Source of the DNA: the human T2T-CHM13v2.0 reference genome, Homo sapiens
Direction: 5' to 3' (one strand)
Length of the DNA: 64,000 bases
Assembly (NCBI RefSeq): GCF_009914755.1
Contig: NC_060932.1
Shown: positions 54,528 through 64,000 of the stretch, piece after piece
Layout of the letters: every line of letters begins with the position of its first letter
Numbering within the stretch: position 1 is the stretch's first letter
The notes under the pieces: generated by a model
Told to the model about the DNA's origin: nothing
Seen by the model: the letters and a program-made list of their open reading frames with translations, nothing else
Database searches by the model: none
Position numbers and translations under genes: made by a program

Positions 54528-54855
<328 letters not shown>

Positions 54856-54987
54856 AAGCATGTCCCTTTAAATCTCACCTGGTATCACAGGGAGAGAGGG
54901 AATGAGAAGGGGTTTTAAAAGGACATGCTTTTAAATAGACATGCTTTTGAAACCCCTTCTCATTCCCTTTCTTCCTATAATACCAAG

Positions 54988-56079
<1,092 letters not shown>

Positions 56080-56721
56080 CAGATTCTCGGAATTAAACAC
56101 TTCCATGTCCCAGAGGATCAAAGTCACTTGCAAAAATACCTCAAAATGTGTTTGTCAAGAAATTACACTTTCTCTTGATTTTGTGGACCACTTTCTAATT
56201 TCCAACCCAGACAAAAGCCTCCTAGTGAAGCTGGTCTTTCCTAGCACATCCCCCTACCCCCCCAGCCACTGTCCCATCCCTGGATGGCCTGTCCACAGAG
56301 AGCACTGTCTGTGTGGCCACTGGGGGAGGCAGCTGCATCCCAGAGATGATGGTGTCCAGGGCATGACGAGGAAGCTCTTTGTGTGGCCTGGAGACGTCCC
56401 GGGAGCTGGCTGGCGCCCACCTTCTCTCACTTCCTTACCACCTTCTTTCTTGTGTTGCTGCTTTCTCCTTCCCAGCTCTAAACTCCCATGGTGCTGGAGC
56501 AGCCAGAGAAGAAGTGTTACTAGACCTGCCACTGCTACCTACAGTGAGCCCCATTCTGCACACAGAGGCTGCGGACTCCTTTTTCCCAATCATAGACCAG
56601 AATGCTTGTGAAAGAAGATGTGGCTGTTCTGCAGGTTGGAGCTCTAGGATCGGAAGAACTCATCTGTATCACATATGATCCAGCTGAAAGTCCCTACAAA
56701 CTGGGCCCTCTGTGTCTTTAG

Positions 56722-57214
<493 letters not shown>

Positions 57215-57288
57215 CTGCTGTGATTTTTCATTGAACCTAATTAACTCATTTTTAGCCCCTATTTTTGGTACAATAATAGAACTTAGGT

Positions 57289-58014
57289 TGTAATCAACTG
57301 GTGGGTTCTTTCCGCACACTGCACAGATAAGATCAGTCCACAGAGACCACAGCGTTGCAGTAAAGAAAGAGTTTGATGTGAGGCCAGCCACGTGGGAAAA
57401 CTGGAGTTATCACTCAAATCAGTCTCCCCAAAGGCTTGGAGGTCAGGATTTTTGTGGACAATTTGGTGGGCAGGGAGCTAGGGAATGGGTGTTGCTGATG
57501 GGTAGGGGGTGAAATCATAGGGGTGTGGAAAACAGTCCTGATGTGCTGAGTTTTCCTCTGGGTGGGGCCACAGGACCAGCTGAATCATGAATCCAGGTGG
57601 GGCCAGTGTGAAGAACGTATCAAAAAATCAATCTTAGGTTCTACAATAGTGATGTTATCTATAGGAGCAATTGGAGAAGTCACAAAGCTTGTGACCCCTG
57701 GCCACATGACTCCTGGGCAGTAAGAGATTACTATGTCTACATTTTAGCAGAGTTCATGCCTTTCCCACAACTCTAATCTTGTAGCCCTTCATTAATCTTA
57801 CAAAGGCGGTTTTCAGTCCCTGAGCAAGGAGGGGTTTATTTTTGGGAGGGACTATTATCATCCTTTATTTCAGGTTAAACTATAAACTAGATTCCTGCCA
57901 AAGTTGGCTTGGTCTACGTCCAGGAATGACAAGGACAGCTGGGAGGGCAGAAGCAAGATGGAGTCAATTATGTCCAATTTATCTTACTGTCATAATTTTT
58001 CAAAGGCAGTTTCA
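57289..58014 (-). mobile_element. LTR26/LTR8-family solo LTR
   Basis: TGTAATC...CAAAGGCAGTTTCA, TSD AGGT (57285-88 / 58015-18). Confidence 0.82.
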
Positions 58015-58194
58015 AGGTTACTATTCTCATGATTCAACACATCCTCAAGGAGTGAGATTCAGTCTGTGTAAGTGTATCATGACTTTCTATAACACGCCTT
58101 GTCATGCACTCTTCTACCCTGCTAGAATTGGAGTCTGGCCTCAGCTGGTTCCTACCAGCAGTACTGCCATCACCTCATCCTCATCTGCCCCATC

Positions 58195-58572
58195 TGTTGT
58201 TTTGGAACCACTTGTGTCCTCTGAAATGCATATGTTGAAGTCCTAACCACCTGTGCCTCAGAATGGGACTATGTTTGGAGAAAGGGTTTTAAAGAGGTAC
58301 TTAAAGTTAAATGAGATCATTACTGTGAACCCTGATCCAAATTGACTTATGCCCTTATAAGAAAAGGAAATTTGGCCACTTACACTCACAGAGGAAGAAA
58401 TCATTTGAAGACACAGAGAGAAGAGGGCCGAGGAGAGAGGTCTCAGAGAAACCAACCCAATGACATTTCGTCTTGGATTTCCAGCCCCCAGAATTACTGG
58501 AAAATACATTTTTCTTGTTTAGGCCACCCAATCTGTACTACTTTGTTATGGCAACCCTAGCAAACTAATGCA
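58195..58572 (+). mobile_element. MLT1B-like MaLR LTR
   Basis: CATATGTTGAAGTCCTAACC...TACTTTGTTATGGCAACCCTAGCAAACTAATGCA. Confidence 0.85.
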
Positions 58573-58914
58573 GTCACCAACCCAGGGTGAAAATGGGACA
58601 TTCCCAACTCTAGCTCTTAGGCCAAGCTTATTTGTAATAGATTCTTGTTTTCAAAGGATATAGATATTGAGATTCTCAATGTATTTGTTAAAATACATTG
58701 TTTCTTGTTAAAAGCATAAGACTTTGAAATGTCTCTGTGTTGCAGATATGTAGATGTTCTGAGCCATAATTTTTGGAAAATTCTTTCAAAGAAAAGGAAA
58801 TCTACTGGACAAATAGCATGATTAATGGGGATCTAGTGACAAAATAATCTGCCCTAATTGGATTTGTGATGTTTTTGCAACTTGAAATTAGCTTCAAAAT
58901 CCAACAATAATACG

Positions 58915-60250
58915 AAAGAATGTTCAGTATCACGAATCAAATTAAAACCATAATTAAATCACCTCCTTTCATTAGGGTAGCTACTATAAAAAAAAAGTAA
59001 AACAAAACAGAAAATAGCAACTGTCGGCAAAGATGTGGAGAAATTGGAACCCTTGTGAAACCATCCCACAGTGTTGACAAGAATTGCATGCTGGGTTCTG
59101 GACAGAAATAGTTCCAATTAAGTACTAATCAGTCTGCACTTGGGCCCACTTACTCGTTGTTAAAAGTCATGTAGCCCTGGATGCTGACCATGTACATCTG
59201 CATTGTTCCTATAGATAAGATCTCTGACATTAGAATCATAAGGCTTTTGTTTAAGGATCACTTATGATGTTTTTCACACCCCAAATTCCAGCAGCCAGTT
59301 TGAAGACTCCCACAGAGTAATGGGATCAATATGAGAATACAGCTTCTTCATCTCCCTATCTCATGACTTCACCCTCTACTCTTCCAACCAATCAGTGATC
59401 TCCACATTGCAGCCCATTCCAACACTCTTAAAAACCCCTACCCCCAAATGCCTCAGGGAGACAGATTTGAGGTTTCTTCTCATCTCATTTAGTGACCCTA
59501 TGATTAAACCCCTTTCCTTGCTACAACCTGGTGTCTCAGCTTATTATTTGCTGTGTGCATGGGGCAATGAACCTATTTCAGTTACACTTGTGCACTGTTG
59601 GCAAGAAGGTAAAATGGTACAGCCACTATGGAAAATGGTATGAAAGTTTCTCCAAAAATTAAAAATAGAATTCTCATGTAACCCAGCAGTCCCACTTCTG
59701 GGCATATATATCCAAAGGAAGTCAAATTAGTATCTCAAAGAGACCTTTGTACACCCGTGTTCATAATAGCATTATTCACAGTAGCCAGAAGTTGGGAACA
59801 ATCCAATGTCCATTGACAGATGCACAGATAAACAAAATACGGTATATACATAACAATGGAAAATTATTCAGCCTTGAAAAAAACTGAAAGTCTGACATGT
59901 ACTATAACATGAGTGAACCTTGAGGACAGTATGATAAGTGAAATGAGTCAGAAGCAAAAAGACAAATATTGTATGATTCCATTTACATAAGGTACCCAGA
60001 GTAGTCAAATTCATAGAGATACAAGGTGTCTGCTGGAATGGCGGTTGCCAGGGGATGGGGGAAGGGAAAATGGGAAGCTGTTGAAATGAGTCCAGAGTTT
60101 CAGTTTGGAAATGATGACAGAGCTCTGGAGATTGGTTGCACCACAATATGAACATAGTTAACACTATGGCATTGTACATTTAGAAATGATTAAGATGGAA
60201 AATTTTACGTTAGATGTATTTTACCACAACTAAAAATTTAAAAGAAAGAA
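58915..60250 (+). mobile_element. L1MB-like 3' end interrupted by an LTR
   Basis: GATGTGGAGAAATTGGAACCCTTG|TGCACTGTTGG rejoins across the insert; A-rich 3' end. Confidence 0.85.
59056..59586 (+). mobile_element. LTR45-like solo LTR
   Basis: TGAAACC...CAGTTACA, TSD CTTG; ATTAAA near 59503. Confidence 0.78.
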
Positions 60251-60858
60251 AAAAACAGCTATGAAGATTTCTAAGTCTTGGGCCTTATTTTGCCATGAGG
60301 AAAAATAAATACATCCCATAAAAAAAATCCTAAATGGATCTGGTAATGTTATTCTGTATGTAAAGTCATTTTCTTGAGCAACATAGGAAATAGTCTTTAA
60401 TCTTTTGGAATATCATAGGAAAAAAAGCGGCTAAAAGTCACATTGTTCTGCCTCAATTCACCAGAGTTTTTATGGAACTCAATTATTGGTTAACAGTGGA
60501 AGTTCTTGCTGGATAATTTTTCACTTTTCTGATCATCTGGGATAGAGTTTTAAGACTTTCCTAGTTCCTCCAGGTACAGAGCTATAGGATTCACTTGGCT
60601 ATGTTGCTCTCCCATTTCTACATAGTTTTAAAAATTATGGAATCTTTCTTTTCATGGTGTTTGGTTCTATAATAATCAGCGGCTGATAAAAAAAATCAGT
60701 GTTCTACCTCTTGATTCTGATGGCCGTTTTCATACTCCTTGTAGGAACTACAATACTGGTTTCTGTCTGAACTTGCAGCCGCAGAGCATGAGAGAAATAA
60801 CCATTGAACTCTAAATAACTGCTTTCCAAATTTTGTGCTGGCTGTCTAATTCAAACTA

Positions 60859-60882
60859 TTATCTATCTATCTATCATCTATC

Positions 60883-60921
<39 letters not shown>
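60859..60921. repeat. Compound (TATC)n tetranucleotide STR
   Basis: TATC runs with two 3-nt interruptions. Confidence 0.95.
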
Positions 60922-60924
<3 letters not shown>

Positions 60925-61409
60925 TATCTCATAGCACTGTGGAATTTAATTTAATTAATTTAATTTAATTAATAGTTAACTATTGCAGCCTATAGAATGT
61001 TAAAATAATTCTGACATTATTAATGTTCCTAAACCTACCAGTAAGCCTCACAGAGAAAATAAGTTTGTTGGGCATGATTCTTAAACTTTAAGGGTATTAT
61101 TTAATAAATTAATGGTTCACTGAACCAGACCATCTGTATAGCTTTATAAACATTTACTTGGTTTTACAAACAAAAACCTGCCATGGAAAATGTAATGCAC
61201 CACTCTTGAAGGCATTGTAGGATATAAAATTGTTATTTTAAGGAAATATTTCCAGTTAGATTTCGTGTAGCCAATATTAGCAGGGGTGTTAGAGCAATGT
61301 GAATTAGGTGACAATTTACATACAGCCTCTGAGAAAAGCAAGAAACAACCCACTGTAATGGAGACTATATTAAGTAATTGTAAGATCTTATCAAAATTAA
61401 GAGAATCCT

Positions 61410-61700
61410 GGCCAGATGCAGTGGCTCATGCCTGTAATCTCAGCACTTTGGGAGGCAGAGACAGGGGGATTACTTGAGTCCAGGAGTTTGAGACCAGCAT
61501 GGACAACATATTGAGACCCTGTCTGTACATAAAAATTAAATGAGTTGCCAGCTGTCATGACAAGTGCCTGTAGTCCCAGCTACTAGAGAGGCTGAGGTGG
61601 GAGGATGGCTTGAGCCCAGACAGTTAAGGCTGCCATGAGCTGTGATTGCACCACTGTGCTCTAGTCTGGGTGAAAGAGTGAGACCTTGTCTCAAAAACTT
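61410..61700 (+). mobile_element. AluJ
   Basis: Diverged full-length Alu. Confidence 0.88.
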
Positions 61701-62069
61701 TAAAATTTTTAATTAAAATTAAAAATAAAATAAAATTTAAAATAAATTTTAAAATTAAGATAATCTTAAACAATATTTACCCACACTTAAAATCCTTCCA
61801 GAAGCATTGCTGTTGAAAGAGGTCCTAAGGTAACAAGTACACCTGGGCCTTCTCAGATAGGGTAGTGGCCCACCTGAAAGTCTTTACTGCAGCGGATTTT
61901 TCAGTTGTACACACCTTCTAGCATGATTATTAACATATGGCAGAGGGCAATAATCACCCCCAAAGAACTATAATATTGTGGAAAACATTTTTTTCAAATA
62001 AAATTCCTACATTTCAATAATTACATTAAGCACCCCAATCTTGAAACTATCATGTGCCTTTGTCAATTT

Positions 62070-63385
<1,316 letters not shown>

Positions 63386-64000
63386 TATTCTCTATAGCCT
63401 TGTCACTTGGTTTTTATGATAAGTGATGCTCTTGATTGTCGGGTTTCTCTCTGAAAGGCCATTCACACTCCTCACAGTTGGGGAGGGAGGAGGAGGCAAG
63501 GATATCAAAGATATCTTTATTGAGGCAGAGCTAGATTAGAGAATGTGGCTTAGATTTGGGGCAAGTAGATAAGGTTTCTAATAATGTCTCCTCTGAGCAA
63601 AAATTACTCACCGCAGCCTGCAGGCTTCCCTCCCTTTCTCCTGCCACCATGCAGACGAGTCCCAGCCTCCCCAATGAAACCACCTTGGAGAGGAGATAAG
63701 CAGGAAGCCATGAGAGCAGGCAGCAAAGAGCCAGGCCTCGAGGTCCAGGTAAGCATCATAACCAGTAGATACCAGGGAGCAGATGAGAGTCAAACGCCGG
63801 CTTCTCCCTGCTCACAGAAATCAATTCATACGTGGAAAGCAGTGCCCAAGGCTTAACTTGTTCCTCAGTTAGAGTTCTCCTTGGGGGATTGGAGCAGCAA
63901 TCCCCACTTACAAACATCAGCAATGAGGAAAGGAATCCCCACCAAGTTTGTGGCCATGACATTTTTTGCTCAAACACATTTGTAAACCTTTCTTCCCCAT

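Noticed and set aside
57842-58246. 134-aa ORF
   Set aside because: Starts in an antisense LTR and ends in MLT1B; no recognisable homology.

Overview
Primate (very probably human) genomic DNA. 1-8566 is AT-rich, LTR-free sequence that reads as the first intron of a minus-strand gene. A CpG island (~7960-9480) holds that gene's first exon (donor ACAG|GTAACG at 8567/8566). From memory I recognise the exon as PCMTD1: its frame MPGPRRLRSPGG...RRCPRH(R) matches an alternative N-terminus I recall for that gene. The promoter looks bidirectional, with splice signals for a divergent plus-strand lncRNA (PCMTD1-DT-like). The ~50 kb beyond it has no credible protein-coding exon. It holds about 27 LTRs or LTR fragments (several nested, many with intact target-site duplications, TSDs), about 30 Alus or Alu monomers, old L1/L2/MIR and DNA transposons. 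I found no new protein-coding system. The most notable signals are: a dateable ~550-bp inverted duplication pasted into a MER2; several fold-back/template-switch scars; LTRs carrying p53, STAT, OCT4, KLF and GATA/TEAD motifs; and an Alu-derived splice donor for the divergent transcript. Repeat family names come from recalled consensus sequences and need Dfam/RepeatMasker confirmation. Boundaries without a quoted TSD are approximate.
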